Shown piece after piece: positions 27,894 through 38,967 of a DNA stretch of 64,000 nt. Numbering within the stretch: position 1 is the stretch's first letter; each line of letters begins with the position of its first letter. The stretch comes from Spirochaetota bacterium. GTDB lineage: Bacteria > Spirochaetota > UBA4802 > UBA5550. The stretch is taken from contig JAFGJX010000070.1 of assembly GCA_016928865.1 (NCBI GenBank), positions 12,139-76,138 on the forward strand, given 5' to 3'. The notes below the pieces were generated by a model, which worked only from the letters and a program-made list of their open reading frames with translations, was not told the DNA's origin and did not search any database. Both the position numbers and the translations under genes were made by a program.

Positions 27894-28675
27894 TACATGG
27901 TTGTTTTCGCCATTTTACCGGAATCGGGCCCAGGACGGCAGAGGTCCTTAATGGATCCGGGTTCCACACCTGGGAAGACTGCATCTCGCGTCAGGATGAT
28001 CTTCCCTTCAATGGAAGGAGACGGAAGAGGTTCATGCGCGAGCTCAGGGAAAGCGCGGGCGCGCTCGATTCTCATGATCTGGGGTATTTCACATCATCGT
28101 TTCCGGCTGCGGAACAGTGGCGTATTCTTGCTGAATACTTTGACGTCGCTGCGTTCATCGATCTCGAATCGACAGGGCTCTCCCGGTATTCGTGCCATGC
28201 CTCGGTCATAGCCGCCTATTGCCGCGGTGAACTCTATTCCTTCGTTTACGGCGAGAATCTGGACGACTTCCTGGTCTATGCCGATGATGCCGAACTCATT
28301 GTTACCTTTAATGGCAAGGCATTCGATATTCCCTTTATTGAAAAGACGTTCAATATACCCTCTTTGGATCGCCCTCATCTCGATCTTCGCTGGATTGCCT
28401 GGCACCTGGGATACAGGGGAGGGCTCAAATCGATTGAGCGACAGATGGGGATTCGCAGGCCCTCCAATATAGATGGCATTGACGGCTTTGAAGCGGTCGA
28501 CCTGTTTCACAGATGGCAGTATGGAGACATCAGTGCGAAGGAAACACTCGTGGCCTATTGCAAGGCCGATGTCATTGCAACAGCGCTTGTATCCGATCGA
28601 CTTCTTGCTGAAACGGCAGGGCGGAAGCAGCGTCTGGATCCTGAAACCGAATTTAAAAAGATTGGATTGCGATGA
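27890..28675 (+). CDS. RNase H-like 3'-5' exonuclease (MrfB/YprB family)
   Basis: GIG HhH-like N-terminus, FIDLESTG, TFNGKAFDIPF, HLDL, GGLKSIE, YCKADV. Confidence 0.85.
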   Translation: MIHGCFRHFTGIGPRTAEVLNGSGFHTWEDCISRQDDLPFNGRRRKRFMRELRESAGALDSHDLGYFTSSFPAAEQWRILAEYFDVAAFIDLESTGLSRYSCHASVIAAYCRGELYSFVYGENLDDFLVYADDAELIVTFNGKAFDIPFIEKTFNIPSLDRPHLDLRWIAWHLGYRGGLKSIERQMGIRRPSNIDGIDGFEAVDLFHRWQYGDISAKETLVAYCKADVIATALVSDRLLAETAGRKQRLDPETEFKKIGLR

Positions 28676-29799
28676 TCGACCGGGGCATTTACAGAAAGAT
28701 CATACACGTCGACATGGACGCTTTTTTCGCGTCAGTCGAACAGAGGAACAACCCCGGGCTCAAAGGCAGACCGGTCATAGTAGGCGGCGATCCTGACCGC
28801 CGAGGCGTGGTTGCTGCATGCTCGTACGAGGCGCGACGGTACGGGATCCATTCAGCAATGGCGTCACGTATCGCCTCACGGCTCTGTCCGCATGCCGTGT
28901 TCATTCGCGGGAACTTCGAGGAGTACATGAGGGTATCCGACGAAATCAACGAAATATTTCATGAATATACCGATCTCGTTGAGCCCCTGTCCCTTGACGA
29001 GGCCTATCTGGACGTTACGGAAAACAAGAGAGGAATACCTTCAGCGACTCTTATCGCAAAGGAGATACGAAATAAAATTCTTGAGAGAACAATGCTCACG
29101 GCCTCGGCCGGAGTCTCATACTGCAAGTTCCTCGCCAAGGTCGCCTCGGATTATAAAAAACCTGACGGTCTGACCGTGATACCTCCTGATCGTGCCGCCG
29201 ACTTCATTGATGCGCTCCCGATAGGAAAGTTTTTCGGCATAGGAAGGGTAACGGAAAAGAAGATGATCCGGCTCGGGATACAAACAGGCGCCGATCTCAA
29301 GCAGGTCCCGCGAGATGACCTTGGCAGAATTTTTGGCAGGGTCGGTCACTACTATTATGACATTGCACACGGACATGACGATCGGCCTGTTGAGCCTGAT
29401 TCTATAAGAAAATCCATCGGTAAAGAAATTACCCTCGAAACAGACATCGATGAGATTGATCGCATGCGGGATATACTCGCTCATCTTGCCCGACGGGTTG
29501 CGGATGCGCTTGAGAGCCATGAAACGAAGGGACGAACCATAACACTCAAGGTAAAATTTGCTGATTTCTCGAGTGTCACCAGGAGCATTACCATCAACGA
29601 TCCCTGCGACGATGCCGACATCATATCCATGCACGCACGCCATCTGCTTGCCAGAACAGAGGCCGGCATGAAAAGGATACGGCTCCTGGGAATCTCGGTA
29701 TCGAATCTCGAAATGCAGGAAGACAATCAGCCTGACCGACAGCTCGTACTTCCTTTCAATGACGGGAATTGCCGGGGTAGTGCACGGATTGTTCTCTGA
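28672..29799 (+). CDS. dinB: DNA polymerase IV
   Basis: HVDMDAFFASVE, SYEAR, SLDEAYLD, KPDG. Confidence 0.95.
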   Translation: MIDRGIYRKIIHVDMDAFFASVEQRNNPGLKGRPVIVGGDPDRRGVVAACSYEARRYGIHSAMASRIASRLCPHAVFIRGNFEEYMRVSDEINEIFHEYTDLVEPLSLDEAYLDVTENKRGIPSATLIAKEIRNKILERTMLTASAGVSYCKFLAKVASDYKKPDGLTVIPPDRAADFIDALPIGKFFGIGRVTEKKMIRLGIQTGADLKQVPRDDLGRIFGRVGHYYYDIAHGHDDRPVEPDSIRKSIGKEITLETDIDEIDRMRDILAHLARRVADALESHETKGRTITLKVKFADFSSVTRSITINDPCDDADIISMHARHLLARTEAGMKRIRLLGISVSNLEMQEDNQPDRQLVLPFNDGNCRGSARIVL

Positions 29800-29843
29800 T
29801 CAATCCGGTTCATAAGATGTAATATAAAATCGGCTAGATGCGA

Positions 29844-31229
29844 TCAGAATTCGAGCGTTTTTACCGCGCGAGGATACGGTATCACGTCCCTGATGTTCTG
29901 CATCCCGGTGACAAACTGTATGAGGCGCTCAAAACCGAGGCCGAAGCCAGAATGAGGAACGGTGCCGAATTTCCTCAGGTCAAGGTACCACCAGTAGTCG
30001 TCTGGATCGAGGCCGCACTCGAGTATCCTGGCTTTAAGGGTATCGTGGTCAGACTCACGCTCGCTCCCGCCGACAATTTCACCGAGCCGTGGCACCAGGA
30101 TATCCATTGCCCGGACCGTCTTATTGTCCTCGTTGACCTTCATGTAAAATGCCTTTATCGCCTTCGGATAATCGGTTATTATAACAGGAAGGCGATAAAC
30201 CTTTTCCGTCAGGAATTTTTCATGCTCGCTCTGAAGATCTATGCCCCATGAGACCGGGAATTCGAACGTCATTCCAGAGGATACAAGCTCGTTTACCGCC
30301 TCGGTATAGGTGATCCTCTTGAATTCGCTCGTCACGATGTGCTGCAGGTTGTCGATGATCCCCTTGTTGATCCTCGAATCGAAAAATTCCATATCATCGG
30401 GACACTGTTCAAGGATATGCCTGAAAATATACTTGAGGAACTCTTCCGCTACATCCATGTTCCCATGGATATCGCAAAAGGCCATTTCCGGTTCGATCAT
30501 CCAGAACTCGGCAAGGTGGCGCGACGTGTTTGAATTTTCGGCTCTGAAGGTAGGGCCGAAGGTATATATCTTTTTCAGGGCACAGGCGTACGTTTCGCCC
30601 TCAAGCTGTCCACTGACGGTCAGGGAGGCCTTCTTGCCGAAAAAATCCTGGGAATAATCGACCTGTCCGTTAATGAGCGGGGGTTTTTCGATGGGCAGGG
30701 TGGTGACCTGAAACATCTCCCCGGCCCCCTCGCAATCGCTGCCGGTAATGATGGGCGTGTGAACGTAGATGAAGCCGCGTTCCTGAAAAAAACTGTGGAT
30801 CGCGTAACTCATGGCGCTGCGAACGCGGGCGACAGCACCGAAGGAATTGGTTCGCGCCCGTAGGTGGGCAATCTCACGGAGAAATTCGAACGAATGCCTC
30901 TTCTTCTGGAGCGCATATCCATCAACTGGCGCCGTCCCTACAACATCCACGCGATCGGCGCTGATTTCAACCGCCTGTCCCTGGCCGGGGGATTGTATCA
31001 GCATCCCGCTCACCACCACGCTGCTGCCGGTGGTAAGGTCGCCAGGTGCTTTTATAACGCCAGGTTTATCGTCGTCGATCACCACCTGCAGATTTTTTAT
31101 TGTAGAGCCGTCATTGATCTCGAGAAAGGTCACGCCCTTGGATTCGCGTTTTGTGCGCACCCATCCCTTGACAGTGATTGCCGTGCCGTCTCCCGGCATT
31201 GCCAGTATTTGCTTAATATCGCCGCCCAT
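29844..31229 (-). CDS. asnS: Asparagine--tRNA ligase
   Basis: [48 protein letters not shown]. Confidence 0.96.
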   Translation of the reverse strand: MGGDIKQILAMPGDGTAITVKGWVRTKRESKGVTFLEINDGSTIKNLQVVIDDDKPGVIKAPGDLTTGSSVVVSGMLIQSPGQGQAVEISADRVDVVGTAPVDGYALQKKRHSFEFLREIAHLRARTNSFGAVARVRSAMSYAIHSFFQERGFIYVHTPIITGSDCEGAGEMFQVTTLPIEKPPLINGQVDYSQDFFGKKASLTVSGQLEGETYACALKKIYTFGPTFRAENSNTSRHLAEFWMIEPEMAFCDIHGNMDVAEEFLKYIFRHILEQCPDDMEFFDSRINKGIIDNLQHIVTSEFKRITYTEAVNELVSSGMTFEFPVSWGIDLQSEHEKFLTEKVYRLPVIITDYPKAIKAFYMKVNEDNKTVRAMDILVPRLGEIVGGSERESDHDTLKARILECGLDPDDYWWYLDLRKFGTVPHSGFGLGFERLIQFVTGMQNIRDVIPYPRAVKTLEF

Positions 31230-31237
31230 ATCACACC

Positions 31238-32473
31238 TTAGTAAAGATAAATCGGATGAGAATCAGGATTTTTACCGAAGAACGTTATATCGTCGATTTT
31301 TGCGATTCGATCGCCGCGCAGGATGGAATAGAGAGCACGCTCGACGCCTATACCCCCGCCCATGGTTTCAGGGAAGACCTGCTTCCCGTCGGGATTTTTC
31401 ATGTGAGTAAAATAGAGGAACGGGCCATACCCGCCGAGCTCGTTAATGTTTTCAATATTGCCGTCTCTGATGACCGGGCGTGCCGGGAGGACCTTGTTGT
31501 CAATGATACGCTCGATGATCGGCTCAAAGAGCCATTCCCTGATGGCGCCTGAAAGGATCTCGATCGCGGGCGAATGCTTGCCGGTGCGGGCATCGATGCT
31601 TTTCGCCAGGATGTCGTAATTGAAGATGTTCGCGGAGGATATATGCTGCAGATCAATCTTCTTTTCATGCGGAAGAAGGTATGGATACACGAGGTCATAA
31701 TTCTCGCGAAGCAGGCCCGTGATCCAATAAAACTGAGATGAGCTTTCTTCACCGGTTTTTTCTTCGTAATGGCGCGCGCCATGCTTCTTGACGCATGCGT
31801 CCTTCGGATAGGCAGGGAAGGGCGACGATGGCACCTCCAGGACAACGCCGAGTCGCTTGAGGCTGTCCGCATTCTTTTTGTTGATTTCTTCGCAGGCCGC
31901 GATTATCATACGCTCGAAAAAGCCCATTATTATTTTCATGTCTTCGTTGAGAATTTCAATGACTTTCTCGCGGTTATAATAGTAATCGTCAAGGGTGAGA
32001 TTGCGATTTCTCCTCAATTCCACGTCTATCTGTGAAAAGTCGGCAAGGTAGCGCCCCCGCTGGATGCGCATGGGACTCTCAATTTCAAGCCTGATATTTG
32101 GTGAATCGACGAAGATGCCTCGTATCTCCGGGTTCGCGCAGGCAAGGAACTTGCTGTAGATCATGCTGTGCGTTGTCAGGTACGTGTGCCCCTTGTATTG
32201 AATGGACGGTGTATGCTCGATATCGTGTGCCAGCGGATCGGTGATGATGCTCAGCATTACCCGCTCGAGGTTGAAGAGACCTTCCTGTATCAGGAAATTG
32301 GTCGCTGCATTCACGAAGGTCGTCCTGATGGCGGAAACGTGATACATGTCCTCCGAGAGCCACTTGTTAAGATAGTGCTCCCTGATGTAATCTTCCATTG
32401 AGGATCCGTTTTCATTTATCGCAGACTGGAACCGATACAGACTTTCGCCGATTTTTTTTATGTTGTCTTCCAT
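31238..32473 (-). CDS. Archaeal-type asparagine synthetase A (AsnRS-like, no anticodon domain)
   Basis: [43 protein letters not shown]. Confidence 0.75.
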   Translation of the reverse strand: MEDNIKKIGESLYRFQSAINENGSSMEDYIREHYLNKWLSEDMYHVSAIRTTFVNAATNFLIQEGLFNLERVMLSIITDPLAHDIEHTPSIQYKGHTYLTTHSMIYSKFLACANPEIRGIFVDSPNIRLEIESPMRIQRGRYLADFSQIDVELRRNRNLTLDDYYYNREKVIEILNEDMKIIMGFFERMIIAACEEINKKNADSLKRLGVVLEVPSSPFPAYPKDACVKKHGARHYEEKTGEESSSQFYWITGLLRENYDLVYPYLLPHEKKIDLQHISSANIFNYDILAKSIDARTGKHSPAIEILSGAIREWLFEPIIERIIDNKVLPARPVIRDGNIENINELGGYGPFLYFTHMKNPDGKQVFPETMGGGIGVERALYSILRGDRIAKIDDITFFGKNPDSHPIYLY

Positions 32474-32738
32474 GGTTTATTTAGTCCCGCTAAACAGTAT
32501 TGTGGTTTCCAGGAGGTTTTGTATAGCACTAATAAAAAAGCATGCAGATAACACAATCTCCCGGTTAATGCAAACTCCGATTATTTAAACACATTGTCAA
32601 ATATATTTTTCGGATACCGGTAGTCTTATTTTACCATGCCGTAACACGATGAGCAGGAATTTCGTTTACACTATTCATGAAAAATCGTATGTAAGTTATG
32701 CGTGATAAAATGTGATCTATATCATGGAGTTTGCGGCT

Positions 32739-33005
32739 ATGAGCAGCAGGCTTTTTATCGAGAACCTGGATCATATGGCCACGGAAGAAAACCTCGAAAG
32801 TATCTTCTCAACGTACGGTGATGTAGACAGGGTCATGGTGAGAAGGGATAGAGGGTATGTGGACATGATGTCGGCTCCCGAGGCGAAGCGGGCCCGGGAG
32901 ATTCTGGACGGTTCGACCCTGTGGGGCAGGTCGATGAAGATACACGCGATGGATGACACGCTCCGCTACCGGTTGATGTATCTGTTCAGCAGGCTGTTCA
33001 AGTAG
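32739..33005 (+). CDS. RRM RNA-binding protein
   Basis: LFIENL (RNP2), RGYVDM (RNP1-like), GGAG RBS. Confidence 0.85.
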   Translation: MSSRLFIENLDHMATEENLESIFSTYGDVDRVMVRRDRGYVDMMSAPEAKRAREILDGSTLWGRSMKIHAMDDTLRYRLMYLFSRLFK

Positions 33006-33056
33006 CTGAAGGCCCGGTTTACGGGGCAGGACAGGGATACTATCGCCATCAATTTA

Positions 33057-34355
33057 TCAGGTTATCAATCCTATCTTTTCATAGATCGCCGGGATATTCT
33101 TCAGAAAACGTTTTAAATCGAATACGGAATCGATTTCTTGTCGAGAGAGCGTCTTCTTCACAACCGGATCAGCAATACAGAGCTCATGCAGTGTTCCCTC
33201 GCGGGCCCAGACGCGCATGGCCAGGTCCTGGACCAGGCGGTACGATTCTTCACGCGAAATTCCTTTTTCAACAAGGGCGAGAAGCAGTGTTTGGGAATAA
33301 AAAAGCCCCCCGGTCCTGCTTATGTTCTCCATCATGGCCTGCGGATACACATTGAGGTTTTCAATAATAAAGATCATCCGGTGAATAAGGTAATCAAGGG
33401 CTATTGTTGAGTCGGGGAAAATGATTCTTTCAGCCGAAGAATGGGAAATATCCCGCTCGTGCCACAGAGTCATGTTGTCGAGCGCGACATTCATGTTGGC
33501 CTTGATAACGCGTGATATTCCGGTGACCCGCTCGCACAGAATCGGATTGCGCTTGTGCGGCATGGCCGATGAGCCTTTCTGCCCCTTCTGGAAGGGCTCT
33601 TCAGCTTCCCTGACCTCGGTCCGCTGGAGGTGGCGTATTTCGGTGGCGAGCTGGTCAAGGCTTCCCGCGCAGATCGCGAGAGCGGACATGAATTCCGCAT
33701 GACGGTCGCGCTGTATCACCTGTGTTGAGATGGGGTCCGGCTCAAGCCCCAGGCGCCTGCATACCCGTTTTTCGAGTTCGGGCGATATATTGCTGAAGGT
33801 CCCCACTGCTCCGGAAAATTTTCCGAACGAGACTGATTGTATGGCCCTGGCGAGTCGTTCATGGTTCCGCCTGAATTCCTGATAGTAAAGAGCCATCTTT
33901 ACCCCGAAGGTGGTCGGCTCGGCATGCACACCATGGGAACGTCCCATGCACGGGGTGTCTTTGTATTTTAGCGCCTTGTCTTTAAGTGAGACGATAAGAC
34001 GGTCAAGGCCCTTGATGATGATCTCTCCCGCCTGCCGGAGCTGTATAGAAAGGGCGGTGTCGACGATATCGCTCGATGTGAGCCCGTAATGGATATATCG
34101 GCTCGAGGGGCCGACCCTTTCGCCCACGGCGGTGAGGAAGGCTATGACATCATGATGGACCTCGTTCTCGATCTCGAGAATGCGTTCAACATCAAACGAT
34201 GCTTTTTCCTTGATATTTTGCAGGTCTCCTGAAGGGATAAGACCATCTTCCGCCTGGACCTCGCATACGGCCAGCTCTATTTCGAGCCAAATCCGGAATT
34301 TGTTTTCAAGTTCCCAGATCTCCGCTATCTCTTTTCTCGAATACCTCTCGATCAT
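33057..34355 (-). CDS. purB: Adenylosuccinate lyase
   Basis: MIERY, HDVIAF, HYGLTSSD, GRSHGVHAEP, GSSAMPHKRNP. Confidence 0.96.
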   Translation of the reverse strand: MIERYSRKEIAEIWELENKFRIWLEIELAVCEVQAEDGLIPSGDLQNIKEKASFDVERILEIENEVHHDVIAFLTAVGERVGPSSRYIHYGLTSSDIVDTALSIQLRQAGEIIIKGLDRLIVSLKDKALKYKDTPCMGRSHGVHAEPTTFGVKMALYYQEFRRNHERLARAIQSVSFGKFSGAVGTFSNISPELEKRVCRRLGLEPDPISTQVIQRDRHAEFMSALAICAGSLDQLATEIRHLQRTEVREAEEPFQKGQKGSSAMPHKRNPILCERVTGISRVIKANMNVALDNMTLWHERDISHSSAERIIFPDSTIALDYLIHRMIFIIENLNVYPQAMMENISRTGGLFYSQTLLLALVEKGISREESYRLVQDLAMRVWAREGTLHELCIADPVVKKTLSRQEIDSVFDLKRFLKNIPAIYEKIGLIT

Positions 34356-34553
34356 AGAACCTCGCACATAATTATTAAATTTGTTGCCATACTCTATTTT
34401 TTAAGGGGGTTTTAGGGACGAAGCCCCTAAAAAAGTGCTCACCATGACTTCCCGGCGAGCGAGAGACGCAGTTTCGCAATAAATCTATTGTTACATTGTT
34501 TTCTATACAGAAATCAGCAAATATGTCAAATAATAATGTTCTCATAATGGAAA

Positions 34554-35513
34554 TTATGGCAGAATATCCTCAGGAGGCATATAGAGCCTCCGGCATCTGG
34601 CGCAAAGCGAGTTAGCAACCCTGTTCGAATCAAATTCCTCGCGCAGAAGCTTCATTGGAAGGCCATTCCATATTTCAGATAGTGATGATTTTCTCATATT
34701 ACCCAGGATATACTTTTTGTCATAATCAAAGCAGCAGGGCACGACATCTCCGTCCCAGGTAATCGTCATTTGTTCCCAGGGGAAGGTGCACCGAACACGC
34801 GAGCGGTCAATTCGCGTAGCTGAACGTTCGCTGTCCAGCGCATTCACGTCCGGCGCGTTTCCGTCCCAGGTGGTAAAGCTCTTGGGTAAAAATTGATCTA
34901 TACCAGGCATTGACTCCCAGTAGCTGCGTAAAATTTCGATGCTCTGCCGGTTCAGATCAAAATCTATCATTGACAGGATTGTGGTGATAGTGCTCGATGC
35001 CGTTTTCTTCCTGGCGAGAAAATCCAGGAGACGGCGCCTGGACGGCTCATAAGCCATTTCAATGCCGCGAATTTTTTGAAAGGATTCATCGTCATGCCCA
35101 TCCAGGGAGAGATAGAGTATCTTCAGTCCAGCTGAGAGCAGCTCATCGATAACGGATTCCCTGAGCATAATCGGATTTACCGACAGCCCGGTGCGTATGT
35201 TTTTGGACGAGGCATACCGTATGAAGGAGCCGAATTCCGGGTGGAGCAGGCTTTCGCCGAAATGATGGAGCCAGAGCACCTGATTTGCTCCGAAATCGGG
35301 GTTGCACGATGACAACTCATCGATTGCTGCACGGTACAGATCGAACTCCATGAAACCGAGTGGCCGGCTCATGTTGTTTGTCCTGGGGCACATGACGCAT
35401 CTCATGACGCAGTGATTGGTAAGCTCTATATTGAAAAGGGAAAAGGGCCTGTTCATAGAGTCATCATCAGGACAATGCGGATGAAATTCAAGATGTTTTG
35501 GGAACCCTCGCAC
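34554..35513 (-). CDS. Radical SAM protein with SPASM/twitch domain
   Basis: IELTNHCVMRCVMC, GESLLHP, CTFPW...DGDVVPCC...C; start may be ATG 35456. Confidence 0.85.
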   Translation of the reverse strand: MRGFPKHLEFHPHCPDDDSMNRPFSLFNIELTNHCVMRCVMCPRTNNMSRPLGFMEFDLYRAAIDELSSCNPDFGANQVLWLHHFGESLLHPEFGSFIRYASSKNIRTGLSVNPIMLRESVIDELLSAGLKILYLSLDGHDDESFQKIRGIEMAYEPSRRRLLDFLARKKTASSTITTILSMIDFDLNRQSIEILRSYWESMPGIDQFLPKSFTTWDGNAPDVNALDSERSATRIDRSRVRCTFPWEQMTITWDGDVVPCCFDYDKKYILGNMRKSSLSEIWNGLPMKLLREEFDSNRVANSLCARCRRLYMPPEDILP

Positions 35514-35618
35514 TAAAAAATACCAGCGTCAATGATAAATGTATTGCATAAATTTTCAGGTTGAAGTTTCTATTGTCAATTGCCGTCATTACGCTATAGT
35601 ACGGCCGCATTCCTGATC

Positions 35619-37274
35619 ATGAAATTTACGCTTGTAACAACCATAATAGGAGGCATCGGTCTGTTCATCCTAGGGATGATACTTATGACCGAGGGCCTCA
35701 AATCCCTTGCCGGAGACAGGCTCCGACGCATCCTCAGCCGCTTTACCGGCGGAACATTCTCATCTATTCTTTCAGGCGCTGGCATCACGGCCATCGTCCA
35801 GTCGTCGCATGCCACCATTCTTACAACAATTGGATTTGTAAGCGCCGGTCTGATCACGTTCCAGCAGTCGCTCGGCATAATACTCGGCGCGCATCTCGGG
35901 ACCACCAGCACCGGCTGGCTGGTGTCATTGCTCGGAATGAAGCTGAAAATCGGCGCATTTGCCCTGCCGATCGCAGGCCTGGGAGCGTTCCTGCGCCTGC
36001 TCGGCAGGGACCGGCTGGCAAGTGCCGGGATCGTTATCGCCGGGTTTGGCCTGATCTTTTTCGGCATTGACATCATGCAACTGGCCATGAAGGACCTTTC
36101 GGGTCTAATCGTACTCAAGCAGTTTGTCGGAACCGGGATTCTCAACCGTCTTCTCCTGATCGGGCTTGGTGTCGCGATGACCATCATCACCCAGTCTTCG
36201 AGCGCTGCGGTAGCCATAACCATGACCGCGCTGAACACAGGGAACATTGATCTGTGCCAGGCCTCGGCCCTTGTTATTGGACAGAACATCGGCACAACGC
36301 TCACAGCCGGGATCGCGGCAGTTGGAGCGACATCAGCGGCCCGGCGTACCGCAGCGGCTCATATTCTTTTTAATCTCATAACTGGCACGGTCGCGTTCAT
36401 AATTTTGCCCTACTTCATCTCCTTTGTGGGATTGATCACCCATATTTTTGGCGTTTCTGATGATACCATCACTCTCGCAGGCTTCCACAGTGCGTTCAAT
36501 ATTCTCGGGATAATAATCCTTGTCCCTTTTCTTGATCCGCTTTCAAAATTCCTTACCCGGATCATTCCAGAGCGAGGCCTCTATCTCATCAGGCACCTCG
36601 ACAGCTCGCTTATTAACATCCCGTCCGTTGCGCTGGAAACGATCCGTCGCACCATCATTGATATAACCATAGCCTCTATCGATATTGTTCGCGAGATGAT
36701 AACGTCTCAGTACCTGTCAATTTCAATGAAGACGAGGCTCGATGAAGCGGGTCAGGCGCTGAACGAGACGCGGCGCTTTCTTGGAAAGATACGAACTGTC
36801 AAGGGGGCATCGCAAAACTTCACAGAGCGCTTCATTTCGATCATGCATGCCGTTGACCATGTGGACCAGCTTATCATAGCGTGCTGGGAATTCAGGAAGC
36901 TGATAACCATGCGCAATTACACCGGGTTGAACCATCTTGCGCTCATGCTCGCTGAAAACGTCGAGCCGGTGCTGATCCGGCTGGAAAGCCTCAAGAAGAT
37001 GGAATCGCTCACGGCGATGGAAAGCACATCGCAGTACATGAAGGAATTAAGGGATCGCTACCGGGAAGAAATACTCAAGAACACCGCGATCGGGACCATC
37101 GACGCAGACACGGCGATGCGCCAGATCGAGGCGATTCGCTGGCTTGACAGAGTAACCTACCGCATATTCCGGGCATTTTATTATCTTGGCTATCATGCGG
37201 AAAACAACGGCGGCGATGGTCATGATGGTACTATTGATTCCAAGCATGACGGCGAAGTGGCGCATGTTACATGA
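35619..37274 (+). CDS. Na+/Pi cotransporter family (NptA/YjbB)
   Basis: Two QSS motifs, GAHLGTT, GQNIGTT, PhoU-like C-terminus. Confidence 0.9.
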   Translation: MKFTLVTTIIGGIGLFILGMILMTEGLKSLAGDRLRRILSRFTGGTFSSILSGAGITAIVQSSHATILTTIGFVSAGLITFQQSLGIILGAHLGTTSTGWLVSLLGMKLKIGAFALPIAGLGAFLRLLGRDRLASAGIVIAGFGLIFFGIDIMQLAMKDLSGLIVLKQFVGTGILNRLLLIGLGVAMTIITQSSSAAVAITMTALNTGNIDLCQASALVIGQNIGTTLTAGIAAVGATSAARRTAAAHILFNLITGTVAFIILPYFISFVGLITHIFGVSDDTITLAGFHSAFNILGIIILVPFLDPLSKFLTRIIPERGLYLIRHLDSSLINIPSVALETIRRTIIDITIASIDIVREMITSQYLSISMKTRLDEAGQALNETRRFLGKIRTVKGASQNFTERFISIMHAVDHVDQLIIACWEFRKLITMRNYTGLNHLALMLAENVEPVLIRLESLKKMESLTAMESTSQYMKELRDRYREEILKNTAIGTIDADTAMRQIEAIRWLDRVTYRIFRAFYYLGYHAENNGGDGHDGTIDSKHDGEVAHVT

Positions 37275-37360
37275 ATTTATCGGGATTGAGTGAGACAATC
37301 GCGGCAAACCTTCATTCACGCCTCTCATGACCGCTTGAATAAATTTCTACGGAGAAACAG

Positions 37361-38176
37361 ATGAACCAGGACCAGATAAAGGATCTGCTGCTAAAAATTG
37401 AGCCAGAGGCCGAAGATTTTACCGTCATCCTTTCGGGTAAAACGAGTAAAAAGGTGGATGGGTTATACTATCCTGACCGGAGGGAAATAATCATACACAA
37501 CAAGAATTTCAATGATGACAATCAGCTTATATATACGGCCATCCACGAGTTCGCACACCATATACACCATACCCGGTCAAGCATACCTGTCTCCAGCAGG
37601 GCTCATACGATAGCTTTCTGGGACATCTTTCACAAGCTATTGTTTCAGGCGGAAAAGAAAGGGCTTTACGCCAACATCTTCAAAACTGACCGTCGATTCA
37701 TTGACCTTACCGCAAAGATCAGGAACAATTATCTTACTGCAAACGGACAGCTCATGAAAGAGCTCGGCACACTCCTGGGAGAAGCGGCGTCACTCTGTAA
37801 TGAGCTTAATGTCAGCTTCGATGATTATGTGGACCGGGAGCTTCTTCTGCATCGCGGCGCTGCAAAAATGCTGGTAAAGATACGATCGATGGATATCGAT
37901 CCCCGTATCGGTTATGAGAACATGAAGACCGTAGCCGGGATACGCGATGAAGCGGCGCGTGCGCTCGCTGCAGATGCGTTTGCCGAAGGAAAGAGCCCCG
38001 ACATGGTGCGTGCCGAGTTCACGGCTCGCAAGAAGCCCGGAGGAACTCTTGCCATTCTCATGGAGGAGAGGGATAAAATTGAGCGGTCTATAGACACCCT
38101 TACCAGAAAGCTCGCCAAAATTGAACGACGCATCAATGATTTAAAATACGAAGAGCCGTCTCGGGCAGGCAAGTGA
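37361..38176 (+). CDS. Hypothetical protein with HEXXH zincin motif and coiled-coil tail
   Basis: GLYY, AIHEFAHH, downstream H; GGAG RBS. Confidence 0.7.
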   Translation: MNQDQIKDLLLKIEPEAEDFTVILSGKTSKKVDGLYYPDRREIIIHNKNFNDDNQLIYTAIHEFAHHIHHTRSSIPVSSRAHTIAFWDIFHKLLFQAEKKGLYANIFKTDRRFIDLTAKIRNNYLTANGQLMKELGTLLGEAASLCNELNVSFDDYVDRELLLHRGAAKMLVKIRSMDIDPRIGYENMKTVAGIRDEAARALAADAFAEGKSPDMVRAEFTARKKPGGTLAILMEERDKIERSIDTLTRKLAKIERRINDLKYEEPSRAGK

Positions 38177-38193
38177 CGTACCGAACCATCATC

Positions 38194-38961
38194 TCATCGA
38201 TACCGTGCGGACAGTATAAAGGATTTCGACTTCAGTTCCCAGTGGAAATAATTCTCCATGAATAGAGAATACGTAAATATAAGATTCAGCACGTCCTCCT
38301 CCTGATAGCGGCCAAGATCGATCATGCTGAACTTTTTTACATTGCATTCATTGACATAGACGATCATGTCCCGTGAGAGGAGGGCGCTACCCTGCACTGG
38401 CCCGCCACGATCATCAGCCAGGCATATTCCGCATACCGGCCTCAGATCGATGAGATCGAGGGTGAACTGGGATGAGATTTTCTTCCCGCAGATTTTGCAA
38501 GTGGCGAGATCGGGAAGGATTCCATGTCCTTTCAGAAGGCGCAGCGTGAAAAACGCCGTGAGGTGTGCCGGATAATTCGTTTTCGAGAGGACCTCTATCG
38601 CGGCGATAAGAAGCCTGAAAAGCGACTCGTCCCGCGCCTCATAACCGGTGGTCTTTTCTACGCATTCGAGTATAAAATACAGATGGAAGATCTTTTTAAG
38701 GTCGGCGCTGAATGAAGAATAATATTTTTCTATGCTGACATCGTTGACGATAAAGGATCCCCGGTCCTCCCGGTGATAATAGACGATGTTGGCCACGGTG
38801 CCAGGTTCAGTCGCGGAAAGCGAACGCTTTCTGCTCTTGCGGAGCCCCTTGAAGACAAATTTGCGCTTTCCGGAATCTATGGTGTAATAATTACAGATTA
38901 TATCAGCTTCGCCTGAAACATGCGAGGAAAGGGCTATGCCGGTCGTTTTGAGAATTTCCAT
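38194..38961 (-). CDS. recO: DNA repair protein RecO
   Basis: GEAD, KGLRK, CKICG...CGIC zinc finger. Confidence 0.85.
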   Translation of the reverse strand: MEILKTTGIALSSHVSGEADIICNYYTIDSGKRKFVFKGLRKSRKRSLSATEPGTVANIVYYHREDRGSFIVNDVSIEKYYSSFSADLKKIFHLYFILECVEKTTGYEARDESLFRLLIAAIEVLSKTNYPAHLTAFFTLRLLKGHGILPDLATCKICGKKISSQFTLDLIDLRPVCGICLADDRGGPVQGSALLSRDMIVYVNECNVKKFSMIDLGRYQEEDVLNLIFTYSLFMENYFHWELKSKSFILSARYR

Positions 38962-38967
38962 GCCGCG

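Noticed and set aside
34400-34434. Short REP-like hairpin TTTTAGGG-ACGAAGC-CCCTAAAA upstream of purB
   Set aside because: Single copy in the window; cannot distinguish terminator, REP remnant or chance
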